DNA of 60,902 nt, the filler included. It is 4 parts of 4 records of this genome, joined end to end, with 100 filler letters (N's around TTAATTAATTAA, not from the genome) between each part and the next. Parts side by side here need not be neighbours in the genome. Positions count along the whole stretch, not along the records: positions 1 to 12,682 come from DRR378314_2701; 3 more parts are not named here. One strand, 5' to 3'. Shown piece after piece: positions 1-10,525 of the stretch. The notes under the pieces were generated by a model that did not search any database, had not been told where the DNA came from, and saw only the letters and a list, made by a program, of their open reading frames with translations. The translations under genes and the position numbers were made by a program. Positions within the stretch are counted from its first letter, which is position 1, and each line of letters opens with the position of its first letter.

Positions 1-1098
1 GTCTACATGGAAGGCACCGACCAGCACCGCGGTTGGTTTCATTCCTCAATGCTGCAGGCCTGCGGCACCAAGGGGCGTGCGCCGTATCGCAACGTGGTGA
101 CTCACGGCTTCACGCTGGATGCCAAGGGCAACAAGATGTCCAAGTCGTTGGGCAATACCATCGTGCCAGAAGAGGTCATCAAGCAATACGGCGCGGATAT
201 TCTGCGTCTGTGGGTGGCCCAGACCGATTACACTGCAGACCAGCGGATCGGGCCTGAAATCCTGAAAGGCACCGCCGACAGCTATCGCCGGCTGCGCAAC
301 ACCATGCGGTTTATGCTGGGCTCGCTGGCGGATTTCACGGAGGCCGACCGGGTGGACCCCGCGGATATGCCGCGTCTGGAACGCTGGGTACTCAGCCGTT
401 TGGCTGAGTTGGATAGCCAAGTGCGACAGGGCTATGCCGCATATGATTTCCAGGGTGTGTTCAGCGCTGTGTTCACCTTTGCCACGGTCGATCTGTCCTC
501 ATTCTACTTCGACGTCCGCAAGGACGCGCTGTACTGTGACGGAGACAGCCTGCGCCGCCGTGCCGCACGGACTGTGCTGGATATGCTGTTCCATCGCCTG
601 ACCACGTGGTTGGCCCCGGTTCTGGTGTTCACTATGGAAGAGGTCTGGCTGGAACGGTTCCCGAGCGAGGACAGCTCGGTCCATTTGATGGACTTCCCCG
701 AGACACCTGCGGACTGGCGTCATGAAGAGCTGGAAGCAAGCATGGCTAAAGTCCGTCGCGTTCGTCGTGCCGTGACTGCCGCGCTGGAAATTCAGCGACA
801 GGACAAAGTGATCGGGTCCAGCCTGGAAGCGGCACCGATCGTCCATGTCGAGGATGTAGAAACCCGCGATCTGCTGGCAACCTTCGATGTTGATGACATG
901 TGCATCACGTCGGGCCTGACCGTTTCGGGCGATCCGTCCCCGGCCGAGGCCTTTCGCGTGCCCGAGATTGAGGGTGTTGGCGTGGTCTTTGAAAAGGCCG
1001 AGGGCGAGAAATGTCAGCGCTGCTGGAAAATTCTGCCTGATGTGGGTCGTCATGCCCACGCGGGTGTTTGCGGACGCTGTGACGAAGCGTTGAGCTGA
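1..1098 (+). CDS. ileS: Isoleucine--tRNA ligase, C-terminal part (5' truncated by window)
   Basis: EGTDQHRGWF, KMSKS motif, C-terminal Zn site CQRCW...CGRC. Confidence 0.97.
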   Translation, partial: VYMEGTDQHRGWFHSSMLQACGTKGRAPYRNVVTHGFTLDAKGNKMSKSLGNTIVPEEVIKQYGADILRLWVAQTDYTADQRIGPEILKGTADSYRRLRNTMRFMLGSLADFTEADRVDPADMPRLERWVLSRLAELDSQVRQGYAAYDFQGVFSAVFTFATVDLSSFYFDVRKDALYCDGDSLRRRAARTVLDMLFHRLTTWLAPVLVFTMEEVWLERFPSEDSSVHLMDFPETPADWRHEELEASMAKVRRVRRAVTAALEIQRQDKVIGSSLEAAPIVHVEDVETRDLLATFDVDDMCITSGLTVSGDPSPAEAFRVPEIEGVGVVFEKAEGEKCQRCWKILPDVGRHAHAGVCGRCDEALS

Positions 1099-1237
1099 TA
1101 TTCTGGCCTTGGACTGAGTGGCAGAGCCTTATTTGCAAGGTTCTGCCGCGCGCCTTAAGGTATTTGTGAACAGAAGAAGTGGTGGATCGTCAAGAAACGG
1201 GTTGCCGGCTCGCCCAATCCTCTGCGAGCATCACTTT

Positions 1238-1696
1238 ATGGAACAGATAGCGATAGAAACCCGTTTTGGCCGCTTGGGAGTTGTTGAAGAAGACGAGGCC
1301 ATCATTCGCCTGACCTGGGATGGCGCTGAGGGAGACCCGGATTCGCCCTTACAGCGCGAGGCGGCGGCGCAGTTGCGTGCCTACGACCAGGGGCGTTTGC
1401 AGCGGTTTGATCTACCCTACCGGATCAAGGGATCAGAGTTTCAGCGCAGGGTATGCGATGCCATGTTTGCAATCCCTTTTGGCGATACACGGACCTATGG
1501 CGACTTGGCAAAAGAGCTTGGGTATTCGGCGCAGGCGGTTGGCAAAGGATGTGGGGGCAATCCCATTCCGATCATCATCCCGTGTCACCGGGTGTTGGGT
1601 TCAGGTGGCAAGATGGTTGGGTTCTCAGGCCATGGTGGTGTTGAGACCAAGGTTTCATTGCTTCGGCACGAAGGGGCGGCGGGGCTATTGATCTGA
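1238..1696 (+). CDS. ogt: Methylated-DNA--protein-cysteine S-methyltransferase
   Basis: IPCHRV active site, GSEFQRRV, TRTYGDLA; ATG at 1238 preferred over upstream GTG. Confidence 0.93.
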   Translation: MEQIAIETRFGRLGVVEEDEAIIRLTWDGAEGDPDSPLQREAAAQLRAYDQGRLQRFDLPYRIKGSEFQRRVCDAMFAIPFGDTRTYGDLAKELGYSAQAVGKGCGGNPIPIIIPCHRVLGSGGKMVGFSGHGGVETKVSLLRHEGAAGLLI

Positions 1697-1772
1697 GCGC
1701 AGGATTTGTGTTGCATTCCGCCTTTGGGGGCTACAACCTATATCAGATGCTGAATTTGAAGGACCGTATTTG

Positions 1773-2240
1773 ATGACCGGCTCAACCGATGCTGCTGCGC
1801 GTAAGAATTCCATAGTCGAGCGCCTGATGTCGCTGGAAGCGCAAGAGTTGGCGACCGCGCAGGCGCATTACGATGCCTTTTTGAAAGATTCTCAGTTGGA
1901 TGACCGGGAAGGGCATGACAAGGACGATATTGCGACTTCGCGCGAGAACGCAGATTTGGCGGCGGCCTTCGACGCGCCCGTTCACGCCCATCACGCAAAG
2001 ATTGACGTAATCGAAAACACCGATTTTAGCGTCACTGATACGGTTCAGCCGGGGGCGGTGATCAAGTTTAATAACCGCCGCTTTGTCGTATGCGTTTCAA
2101 CAACGCGTTTTGAGGTGGACGGTAAAACCTATATGGGCATTTCGACCCAAAGCCCGATCTATCTGGCCATGGTCGGCCTGCGCGAAGGCGATGTTTTCAC
2201 CCACAATGGGACTGAATTTGAGGTTCAGGAAGTCTTGTAA
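1773..2240 (+). CDS. GreA/GreB-like protein (Gre C-terminal domain)
   Basis: VQPGAVI...ISTQSPIYLAMVGLREGD resembles the Gre C-terminal domain; helical acidic N-terminus; GAAGGA RBS. Confidence 0.65.
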   Translation: MTGSTDAAARKNSIVERLMSLEAQELATAQAHYDAFLKDSQLDDREGHDKDDIATSRENADLAAAFDAPVHAHHAKIDVIENTDFSVTDTVQPGAVIKFNNRRFVVCVSTTRFEVDGKTYMGISTQSPIYLAMVGLREGDVFTHNGTEFEVQEVL

Positions 2241-2938
2241 TCCGGTGCCTTGCGCGCCGGAACGATCTGCTGCGCGATCCCGGCCGAGACCAGATACAAG
2301 CTGGTGATCACCAACCCCCAATGGGCCCAGCTTTCGGGATGAAAGTCGACCCACGCGGCCCAACCGGCAAAGAATGTCCATGCGAAAGCTATCGGCAATG
2401 ACAGGCTGCGCCAGCGCTCGGTTCTGACCGGGTGGATGAACTTCAGCGGCAGGAACATCGCCACCGAAAGCAACGTGACCAGCAGCAAGATCACCCAGAA
2501 ATTGGGCTCTAGCGCGAAGATCACGATCACGAACATGTTCCAGCAGCCTGGAAAGCCCGAGAATGAGTTGTCCTTTGTTTTCATACGTGTATCAGCGAAA
2601 TACATCGCACTGGCAAAGGTGATGACGATAATTGCAAACCAACCTGTCCAGCCGTCCATCAGCCCTGATTTGAACAGGGCGTAGGCGGGGATGAACACAT
2701 AGGTCAGGTAATCGATGATCAGATCCAGTAGCACTCCGTCAAATTCTGGCGCGTTTTTTTTGACGTGATAGTGTCGTGCCAGCGGGCCATCGATGCCATC
2801 CACGATGAACGATACGACAAGCCAGAGATACATCAGGCTCCATTTCTCTTCGACGGCGGCCAACATGGCCAGCATCGCAAAAACAGCACCTGTGGCGGTA
2901 AACAGATGAACGGCAAGAGCTTTGTATCTAAGTGTCAT
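2225..2938 (-). CDS. pcs: Phosphatidylcholine synthase (CDP-alcohol phosphatidyltransferase)
   Basis: VHLFTATG, DGIDGPLAR...GVLLDLIIDY motif, multiple TM helices. Confidence 0.9.
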   Translation of the reverse strand: MTLRYKALAVHLFTATGAVFAMLAMLAAVEEKWSLMYLWLVVSFIVDGIDGPLARHYHVKKNAPEFDGVLLDLIIDYLTYVFIPAYALFKSGLMDGWTGWFAIIVITFASAMYFADTRMKTKDNSFSGFPGCWNMFVIVIFALEPNFWVILLLVTLLSVAMFLPLKFIHPVRTERWRSLSLPIAFAWTFFAGWAAWVDFHPESWAHWGLVITSLYLVSAGIAQQIVPARKAPDYKTS

Positions 2939-3002
2939 GGTGGTGTCATGTACGATGCTTGGCACAGATGCAAAGCAAAAAGCCCGTTGACAAGGGTTTG
3001 GC

Positions 3003-3923
3003 TTAGGCTTTCGGGTGAGTCCGGTTGTAGACTTCCATCAACCGTGCCGTATCCACAGCAGTATAGGTCTGAGTAGTCGAAAGCGACGCGTGGCCCAGAA
3101 GTTCTTGAATGGCGCGCAAGTCACCACCAGCAGACAGCAAATGGGTAGCAAAGCTGTGACGCATCGCGTGCGGGGTAGCTGTTGCAGGCAAGCCAAGTTG
3201 CATCCGTGCTTTGGCGACTACGGCCTGAATGATCCCCGGGTTAAGCGGCTTGCCACGAACGCCCCGAAACAATGCGGCTTGTGGGACTTGCGGATGCGGG
3301 CACAGCCTTAGATAGCGATCAACCGCGGCCCGGGCGGCGGGCAGGACCGGCACGATTCGTTCTTTGTCGCCCTTTCCCAATATGCGCAGTGTATCCGGTA
3401 GTGGGGCATCAACTCCAGTCAAAGACAGCGCCTCGGATATCCGCAGCCCACACCCGTAGAGGAGTGTCACAACCGCAACATCCCTTGCAGCAACCCAGTC
3501 CGATGACGATTGAAGCTCGACCGTGTCTATCATCGCGCGGGCGGCGTCTTCGGCCAGCGGGCGAGGAAGCTTCTTGGTGAATTTTGGCGCGCGGGTGGAC
3601 AGGACGGCGGTCGGTTCGAACCCTTCACGCTCGGCCAGCCAGCGATAGAAGCTTTTGACCGCCGAAAGTTTGCGCGCCAGCGACCGCGCGCCGACATCCG
3701 CGTTGCGTTGGTCCGCCATCCAGGCCCGCATGTCCGACACGGTGATGCGTTCCAATGCTGCCAGTCCCTGACGCTCGCTATGATGCAAAGTCATGAAGGA
3801 CAGGAATTCTGTCAGATCCCCGCGATATGCGTTGAGTGTATTTTCAGACCGCCCCGCCAATGCCCCTAGACTTTCCAGCCAATGCTGCAACGCGTTGCGG
3901 CAGGCTGGGGAAATCAGGCTCAC
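3003..3923 (-). CDS. xerC: Tyrosine recombinase XerC
   Basis: LYGCGLRISE, GKGDKERIVP, TPHAMRHSFATH, LGHASLSTTQTY; GTG start overlaps the DUF484 stop. Confidence 0.92.
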   Translation of the reverse strand: MSLISPACRNALQHWLESLGALAGRSENTLNAYRGDLTEFLSFMTLHHSERQGLAALERITVSDMRAWMADQRNADVGARSLARKLSAVKSFYRWLAEREGFEPTAVLSTRAPKFTKKLPRPLAEDAARAMIDTVELQSSSDWVAARDVAVVTLLYGCGLRISEALSLTGVDAPLPDTLRILGKGDKERIVPVLPAARAAVDRYLRLCPHPQVPQAALFRGVRGKPLNPGIIQAVVAKARMQLGLPATATPHAMRHSFATHLLSAGGDLRAIQELLGHASLSTTQTYTAVDTARLMEVYNRTHPKA

Positions 3924-4627
3924 GACAGCCAGTGGCGCATCGAGCGTTCGAACACGCCTGCAAAGAAGGCAAGAAGATCTGTGCCGAGTTGGGGAGAGAA
4001 ATGTCTTGGGTCGTGTGCGCCCATGACAATCATACCGGGCAACCGGCCGATACCGAGATCCAGTTTCAGGCAAGCTTCGGATCGCAGCTGGTTGGCTTGT
4101 TCGCCATAGACCTGCGGGTTGGGGTGATGAATCTCGCGTAGAGTAACCTCGCGCGGCTGGCCATTGCGGTCTGAGGTCAGGTATTTATCGATAAATCCGG
4201 GTTCGGTCACGGTTAGAACGCCGCCGAGTTGGTTCACCACCGGGTCGTCCCGCACGACTGTGGTTTCGAGAACCAGAGTGATATGATCGACGCGCAGGAT
4301 TTCAGCCACGTCATTGCCCAGCGCGCGCAGAAAATCTTCGAACACGGTTGGTTCCAGCAGGCGAAGAATGGCGCGATGGACTTGATTGGTGCCTGCCAGA
4401 TTCTCATAGGCTGCTGCGATGACCGAGCGATGCGTGTCTTCCAGGCGATCGAGACGCGCCTCAAGCCGCTGCATGGCGATACCGCGCAGATCAACAACAT
4501 TGTCGCCCCGTGCTTGTTCATTTGCCGCCACCAGGGCCTGCATCAGATCTTTGTCATCCAGCACTGCGTCGGGCTCAGCCAGAATCGCGGCGCGGAGGTT
4601 GTCCTTGAGTTTAGGATCGCTGCTCAT
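3920..4627 (-). CDS. DUF484 family protein
   Basis: NVVDLRG...AAAYEN...GTDLLAFF; usual position upstream of xerC. Confidence 0.85.
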   Translation of the reverse strand: MSSDPKLKDNLRAAILAEPDAVLDDKDLMQALVAANEQARGDNVVDLRGIAMQRLEARLDRLEDTHRSVIAAAYENLAGTNQVHRAILRLLEPTVFEDFLRALGNDVAEILRVDHITLVLETTVVRDDPVVNQLGGVLTVTEPGFIDKYLTSDRNGQPREVTLREIHHPNPQVYGEQANQLRSEACLKLDLGIGRLPGMIVMGAHDPRHFSPQLGTDLLAFFAGVFERSMRHWLS

Positions 4628-4727
4628 GTCCCGTCCGGTCGTTTTTTATTTTGGCGGGCTTATAACACGGGTTGCCGGAATTGCCTTAGGAAAAATGCAC
4701 GCAAGAGGCGAATTTCCTTGGCGATGT

Positions 4728-4817
4728 GGCGGGGGCTCCCGCCTGCAATGTGCTGATCTAAGATCAGCTTTGGCCGTTGGGCCGGGCGCGGTGCCAAACG
4801 GCACCGCGCGGCAGCGC
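4728..4817. repeat. Intergenic multi-hairpin palindromic element
   Basis: Three stem-loops: GGCGGG-ggct-CCCGCC (4728-4743), GCTGATCT-a-AGATCAGC (4752-4768), GCGCGGTGCC-aaac-GGCACCGCGC (4786-4809). Confidence 0.55.
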
Positions 4818-4823
4818 ATAGGA

Positions 4824-5477
4824 TCAGAGGATTTTCTGACCGGTTTTGGCCCAGTCAGCCAAGAAGGTTTCAAGACCTTTGTCGGTCAGCGGGTGATCGG
4901 CCAGTTTTTTGATCACGCCCGGGGGTGCTGTAATCACGTCGGCGCCAATGCGTGCGCTATCGGTCACGTGGTTCACGGTACGGATCGAGGCCGCCAGGAT
5001 TTCGGTTTCATACCCGTAATTGTCATAGACCTGACGAATGTCTGCGATCAGATCCATGCCGTCGAGGTTGATGTCGTCAAGGCGACCGATGAAGGGAGAG
5101 ATAAAGGTCGCGCCTGCTTTGGCTGCGAGAATCGCCTGATTGGTCGAAAAGCACAAGGTCACGTTGACCATTTGACCTTCGTCGCTGAGCGTCTTGCAGG
5201 TTTTCAGACCAGCCCAAGTCAGCGGCACCTTGACCGCGATGTTCGGTGCGATCTTGGCCAGTTTGCGGCCTTCAGCGATCATGTCGTCGGCTTCGGTGGC
5301 GACAACCTCGGCAGAGACAGGGCCGTCAACCAGATCGCAGATCTCTTTGGTGACTTCCAAAATGTCACGGCCCGATTTCAGGATCAGCGAGGGGTTGGTG
5401 GTCACGCCGTCCACCATACCCAGATCGTTCAGTTCTGCGATGGCGTCGATCTCGGCTGTGTCTACGAAGAATTTCAT
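4824..5477 (-). CDS. fsa: Transaldolase / fructose-6-phosphate aldolase
   Basis: [21 protein letters not shown] Schiff-base Lys, SPFIGRLDD. Confidence 0.95.
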   Translation of the reverse strand: MKFFVDTAEIDAIAELNDLGMVDGVTTNPSLILKSGRDILEVTKEICDLVDGPVSAEVVATEADDMIAEGRKLAKIAPNIAVKVPLTWAGLKTCKTLSDEGQMVNVTLCFSTNQAILAAKAGATFISPFIGRLDDINLDGMDLIADIRQVYDNYGYETEILAASIRTVNHVTDSARIGADVITAPPGVIKKLADHPLTDKGLETFLADWAKTGQKIL

Positions 5478-5567
5478 GAGGGCAGTCCTTTGATGGGTTG
5501 GCCTTGGTCGCGGATGGCTTTACCTCAAAGAGAGACATGCTGAAACCCCCCGGCCCAAGGATATGCG

Positions 5568-7763
5568 GTGAGCACTCAGGAGTATTTTGATCAGGGTGAG
5601 TTGGTGGCGGTGTTGACCACACAGCCGCTGGACCGGACGCTGGATTACAAGGCGCCCGAAGGCGGGTGTTTTCTGGGCGCGTATGTCGAGGTGCCTTTGG
5701 GACCGCGCAAGGTTCTGGGCGTGGTTTGGGGGCCGGGGCAGGGTGGCTTTGATCTGGCCAAGGCGCGATCGGTGATCCGCGTGCTAGAGGTCGCGCCGAT
5801 GCGCGAAGAGATGCGCGTGTTTCTGGGAAAAGTGGCTGATTACACGCTTACGCCGATGCCCGCGATGCTGCGACTGGCGACCCGCGCGCCGGGGTTGGGC
5901 GATCCACCATCGATGCGCAAAATCTATCGGATGGGTGGCGCGGAGCCAGATCGGATGACCGATGCCCGGACCCGCGTGTTGGAAGTGCTGCGCGACTATG
6001 GTGGATTGGCTTTTACACTGAAAGAACTGGCTGAGCAGGCTGGTGTGACGCCTTCTGTTGTCAAAGGGCTGGTAAAGCAGAACGCAGTGCGGGAAGAGGA
6101 CAGCCCGCGCGATCTGCCTTATCCGCATCTGGACCCGGACTTGCCGGGAAAGGAACTGACCGAAGATCAGGCGATGGCGGTTGCTCGGTTGCAAACCGGG
6201 CAGCGAACAGGCGACTATGGCACGACTCTGCTGAAAGGAGTGACAGGTTCGGGCAAGACCGAAGTGTATCTGGAGGCGGTGGCTGAGACGTTGCGCAATG
6301 GGCGGCAGGCGCTGGTACTTCTGCCCGAAATCGCGCTGACCGCTGAGTTCCTGACCCGGGTTGAAGCGCGGTTCGGTGCGCGCCCTGCAGAATGGCATTC
6401 GGGTGCGACCATGACCGAACGCCGTCGGGTTTGGCGCATGGTCGGGCAGGGGGATGCGCACCTGATTGTGGGCGCGCGATCTGCGCTGTTCCTGCCATTC
6501 CGTAATCTTGGGCTGGTGGTGGTCGATGAAGAACACGACACCTCGTACAAACAAGAAGATGGTGTTCACTACAGCGCGCGCGATATGGCGGTTCTGCGGG
6601 CGTCGATCTGTGGCGCGCGGGTGATTCTGGCCAGTGCGACACCCTCGCTGGAAAGCTGGGCCAATGCCGAAGCCGGCAAGTATGAACGGCTTGACCTGAC
6701 TTCGCGCTTTGGCGATGCGGTATTGCCCGAAATGAAACCGATCGACATGCGGGCCGAACAGATGCAGCCGGGGACGTGGATCTCTCCGTCTTTGCGGCAA
6801 GCAGTGCGGCAGCGGATCGAGAAGAAAGAGCAGTCGCTGCTGTTTATCAATCGTCGCGGCTATGCGCCGGTGACGCTGTGCCGGGCCTGCGGTGAACAGA
6901 TCGCCTGCGATCACTGCGACGCGCGAATGGTTGAACACAGGTTCCTGAAACGTCTGATGTGCCACCAATGCGGTGAGACCAAACCGATGCCCGAGGTCTG
7001 CCCATCCTGTCAGGTCGAGGGCAAGCTGGCCCCAGTTGGGCCAGGGATCGAACGTTTGGCGGAAGAGGCCGAGGCGATCTTTCCCGAAGCCAAAATCGCG
7101 ATGCTGAGTTCGGACCTGTTCGGTTCGGCACGGGCATTGAAGGCGAAGATCGAAGAGATTGCCCAAGGCGATGCGGATATCATCATAGGCACGCAATTGG
7201 TGGCCAAAGGACATAACTTTCCCAAGCTGACGCTGGTGGGTGTGATTGACGCAGATCTCAGTTTGCATGGCGCTGATTTGCGAGCGGCAGAGCGTACATT
7301 CCAACTGATGCGTCAGGTCGCCGGACGCGCGGGGCGTGCGGACAAGCCTGGGCAAGCGCTGTTGCAGACCTTCCAGCCCGAACATCCTGTGATCCGAGCC
7401 ATACTGTCCGGCGATGAAGAAGGGTTCTGGAAGGCCGAGGCGGCGGGTCGCCAAGCTGCCGGAGTACCACCTTACGGGCGCATGGCCGGGATCGTTTTGT
7501 CCGGACCAGAGGTGGGCCCCGTATTTGACATTGGAAATACCATGGCGCGTAACGACGCGCCGTTGCGCGACGTAGGGGCACAGGTCTTTGGCCCGGCCCC
7601 GGCCCCGATTGCGCGTATTCGCGGACGGCACCGGGTGCGGTTGCTTGTCAAAGCCCCAAAAGGCGCGCCCATCCAGGACGCAATTGCGCGCTGGATAGCA
7701 CCGCTGCGCCTGAAGGGCGACATCCGCCTGACCGTCGATATCGACCCGCAAAGCTTTTATTGA
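5568..7763 (+). CDS. priA: Primosomal protein N'
   Basis: GVTGSGKTEVY, DEEHD, four CxxC Zn pairs, QVAGRAGR. Confidence 0.97.
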   Translation: MSTQEYFDQGELVAVLTTQPLDRTLDYKAPEGGCFLGAYVEVPLGPRKVLGVVWGPGQGGFDLAKARSVIRVLEVAPMREEMRVFLGKVADYTLTPMPAMLRLATRAPGLGDPPSMRKIYRMGGAEPDRMTDARTRVLEVLRDYGGLAFTLKELAEQAGVTPSVVKGLVKQNAVREEDSPRDLPYPHLDPDLPGKELTEDQAMAVARLQTGQRTGDYGTTLLKGVTGSGKTEVYLEAVAETLRNGRQALVLLPEIALTAEFLTRVEARFGARPAEWHSGATMTERRRVWRMVGQGDAHLIVGARSALFLPFRNLGLVVVDEEHDTSYKQEDGVHYSARDMAVLRASICGARVILASATPSLESWANAEAGKYERLDLTSRFGDAVLPEMKPIDMRAEQMQPGTWISPSLRQAVRQRIEKKEQSLLFINRRGYAPVTLCRACGEQIACDHCDARMVEHRFLKRLMCHQCGETKPMPEVCPSCQVEGKLAPVGPGIERLAEEAEAIFPEAKIAMLSSDLFGSARALKAKIEEIAQGDADIIIGTQLVAKGHNFPKLTLVGVIDADLSLHGADLRAAERTFQLMRQVAGRAGRADKPGQALLQTFQPEHPVIRAILSGDEEGFWKAEAAGRQAAGVPPYGRMAGIVLSGPEVGPVFDIGNTMARNDAPLRDVGAQVFGPAPAPIARIRGRHRVRLLVKAPKGAPIQDAIARWIAPLRLKGDIRLTVDIDPQSFY

Positions 7764-7842
7764 ACCCTGCATCTGTGCATAGTCAGTGTGCGTTAGCTGC
7801 TTTCTACTCGCCAATTGGCTCAAATAGGCGTAGAGCAATCTC

Positions 7843-9075
7843 ATGCTGAAACCAATGCCCCTGTCTGAGGCGCAGAGCCTTCCGCTCTGGCGCCGTCCTA
7901 TGACGCTCTTGTTCGTGATGGCTTTGACCATGCCGATCGCGTTCAACGCGTGGAGCGCGTTGTTGAACAACTTCGTTATCGAGGCCGCGAATTTCGATGG
8001 GGCGGATATCGGGTTGCTGCATACCGTGCGTGAGATACCGGGGTTTCTGGCCGTCGGCGTGATTGCGGTGATTATCTTCATCCGCGAGCAGGTTCTGGCC
8101 ATGATCTCGCTGGTGATGCTCGGTGCCGCGACTGCGGTGACGGCATGGTTTCCAAGCCTTGGCGGTTTGCTGTTTGTCACTTTGATCAGTTCAATCGGGT
8201 TCCACTACTACGAGACAGTGAACCAGTCTTTGCAATTGCAATGGCTGCCCAAGGACCGCGCGCCTCAAATTCTGGGCTGGTTGGTGGCGATGGGCTCTGC
8301 CGCTACGGCGGTGGTCTATGGGCTGATTGTGCTGACTTGGGATCGGTTCGATCTGTCTTATAACTTCGTGTTTATGGCTGCGGGTGGCGTAACTGTACTG
8401 CTTGCGTTGTTTAGTCTAATCGCCTTTCCGCAGTTTGACTCACCAACACCGCAGACCAAGAAGATCGTACTGCGCAAACGCTATTGGTTATACTACGCCC
8501 TGCAATTCATGGCGGGCGCGCGGCGACAGATATTCATCGTGTTCGCCGGTTTCATGATGGTCGAGAAATTCGGGTTCGAAGTGCATGAACTCACCAGCCT
8601 CTACCTGATCAATCTAATGATCAACATGGCTGCCGCCCCGATGCTGGGCAAAGCAGTGGCCGTCTTCGGGGAACGCCGAACTCTGATCTTTGAATATACG
8701 GGCCTTGCTATCGTTTTTGCGGCTTATGGCGGCATCTATTGGTTTAGTTGGGGTGTATTGCTGGCAGCAATTCTCTATGTGATTGATCATGTTTTGTTTG
8801 CGCTGGCTTTGGCCTTAAAGACCTACTTCCAGAAGATCGCGGATCCGGCGGATATCGCGCCAACGGCGGCAGTGGCCTTTACCATCAATCATATCGCGGC
8901 GGTGTTCCTACCCGCGCTATTGGGGCTGCTTTGGGTGGTTTCTCCGGGCGCCGTGTTTGGCCTGGCCACTTTGATGGCGATGGTGTCATTGGGATTGTCT
9001 CTGTTAATCCCAAGGCATCCTGAACCGGGGAACGAGACGATCCTGTCCAAATACGCCCCTACACCTGCCGAGTAA
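7843..9075 (+). CDS. MFS transporter
   Basis: About 12 hydrophobic segments, REIPGFL and GARRQIF motifs. Confidence 0.85.
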   Translation: MLKPMPLSEAQSLPLWRRPMTLLFVMALTMPIAFNAWSALLNNFVIEAANFDGADIGLLHTVREIPGFLAVGVIAVIIFIREQVLAMISLVMLGAATAVTAWFPSLGGLLFVTLISSIGFHYYETVNQSLQLQWLPKDRAPQILGWLVAMGSAATAVVYGLIVLTWDRFDLSYNFVFMAAGGVTVLLALFSLIAFPQFDSPTPQTKKIVLRKRYWLYYALQFMAGARRQIFIVFAGFMMVEKFGFEVHELTSLYLINLMINMAAAPMLGKAVAVFGERRTLIFEYTGLAIVFAAYGGIYWFSWGVLLAAILYVIDHVLFALALALKTYFQKIADPADIAPTAAVAFTINHIAAVFLPALLGLLWVVSPGAVFGLATLMAMVSLGLSLLIPRHPEPGNETILSKYAPTPAE

Positions 9076-9140
9076 TTGCCAGCGCTTGACCTTGACGTCG
9101 CGCGCGCCTACGCGCATGGGCAACAGAGACAGGAGTCCCC

Positions 9141-10019
9141 ATGCCCACATTCACCGCGTTGACGACATTGACCGGCAAATCCGCAGCCGAAGGATTGGGC
9201 GAGGCCATGGAGCGTTTGAACCCGGAACCCACGGGCGTCGGTGTGTTCGAGGTCGAAGACGGCTCGGGTCTTTGGGAGGTTGGGGGCTATTTCACCGAAG
9301 CCCCGGATGAAACAGCTTTGGCTGTGTTGGCGGCAGCGTTTGAGGCCAAGCCTTTTGTGGTTTCGGAATTGCCCGAAACCGATTGGGTCGCACATGTACG
9401 ACGCGAACTGGCCCCGGTCGAGGCAGGCCGGTTCTTTGTCCATGGCAGTCATGACGCGGATAAGGTGCCCGAAGGGTGCATTCCATTGTTGATCGAGGCC
9501 GCAATGGCGTTTGGAACAGGTCATCACGGTACGACTTTGGGCTGCATCAAGGCATTGGACTATCTCCTTGACCAAGATTTTGCGGCCACAAAGGTCGCCG
9601 ATATCGGCTGTGGTACCGCTGTGCTGGCGATGGCTGCAGCGCGGGTCTGGGAAGGTGACATCATTGCCAGCGATATCGATGAAGTTGCCGTTGACGTGGC
9701 CGAGGCTAACCTGAAGGCCAATGGCATGGCCGGCGCGGTTACCTGCGTTGAAGCTGCAGGTTTCGATCACCCGAAGCTGAAAGAACATGCGCCTTATGAT
9801 TTGATATTTGCCAATATCCTCAAAGGACCACTTGTGGCACTTTCACCAGAAATATCGGCGAATCTGCGTGCAGGTGGACATGCAATCCTGTCCGGAATCC
9901 TCAATGAGCAGGCTGATGATGTGCTTTCCATTTATCTCCAAAATGGCTTCAATCAGGTACGCAGGGATGAGATTGGTGAGTGGACGACGCTAATCTTAAG
10001 CAAAGAGGGCGAAAGTTAG
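9141..10019 (+). CDS. prmA: Ribosomal protein L11 methyltransferase
   Basis: MAFGTGHHGTT, DIGCGTAVL, IFANIL, ILSGIL. Confidence 0.95.
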   Translation: MPTFTALTTLTGKSAAEGLGEAMERLNPEPTGVGVFEVEDGSGLWEVGGYFTEAPDETALAVLAAAFEAKPFVVSELPETDWVAHVRRELAPVEAGRFFVHGSHDADKVPEGCIPLLIEAAMAFGTGHHGTTLGCIKALDYLLDQDFAATKVADIGCGTAVLAMAAARVWEGDIIASDIDEVAVDVAEANLKANGMAGAVTCVEAAGFDHPKLKEHAPYDLIFANILKGPLVALSPEISANLRAGGHAILSGILNEQADDVLSIYLQNGFNQVRRDEIGEWTTLILSKEGES

Positions 10020-10117
10020 GCTATTTACAGGAGTATTGTGGATTCCTGCCACGTTTTTGTCGCATTCTACTCTTACCGTCATTGGATGCAATCGGGGGCG
10101 GTTTGTTGGAGGCTGCC

Positions 10118-10462
10118 ATGACAGGAAAACAACTCGAATTTGATCAACGCGTCACGCGTTTGAGCAAAAAACACCAGAAACTCAGCCGTGGTTATCGGGC
10201 GACGATGCGATCGGATGGTCTGGTGGTGATGAAGCCACAGCGTATGCGTTCGGCTATTCCAGCCAAGGTATTGTTGTTGTGTCTCGTAGGATTCTTTGGG
10301 TTCAAAGCGTTCTTGTTGTCCCATCTAGGACCGTCTGCATATGATACGCGCGTGGAAAGTCTGAACCAAGGTACAGCGGTTGAACAAGCTGGTGCCTGGA
10401 TCATGCAGTCTGATCCTGTGACTTCTTTCCTGTCGACCCAATTGAACAAAGTCATGTTCTAG
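10118..10462 (+). CDS. Hypothetical membrane-anchored protein
   Basis: GGAGG RBS before ATG 10118, one TM segment, followed by a terminator. Confidence 0.7.
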   Translation: MTGKQLEFDQRVTRLSKKHQKLSRGYRATMRSDGLVVMKPQRMRSAIPAKVLLLCLVGFFGFKAFLLSHLGPSAYDTRVESLNQGTAVEQAGAWIMQSDPVTSFLSTQLNKVMF

Positions 10463-10488
10463 GCTTGGCCTGAACGCCCTCCTGACTC

Positions 10489-10525
10489 AAAAAACACCGC
10501 GTCCCTAGAAGCACGCGGCGTTTTT
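10489..10525. terminator. Bidirectional intrinsic terminator
   Basis: AAAAAA-CACCGCGT...ACGCGGCG-TTTTT between convergent genes. Confidence 0.7.

Noticed and set aside
3003..3923. Tyrosine recombinase as evidence of a mobile element
   Set aside because: It is housekeeping xerC in its usual DUF484 context
5784..8180. 798-aa minus-strand ORF and other long antisense ORFs (4419-5543, 52127-53224, 45509-46456)
   Set aside because: Shadow ORFs opposite well-supported genes in GC-rich DNA, with no recognisable motifs
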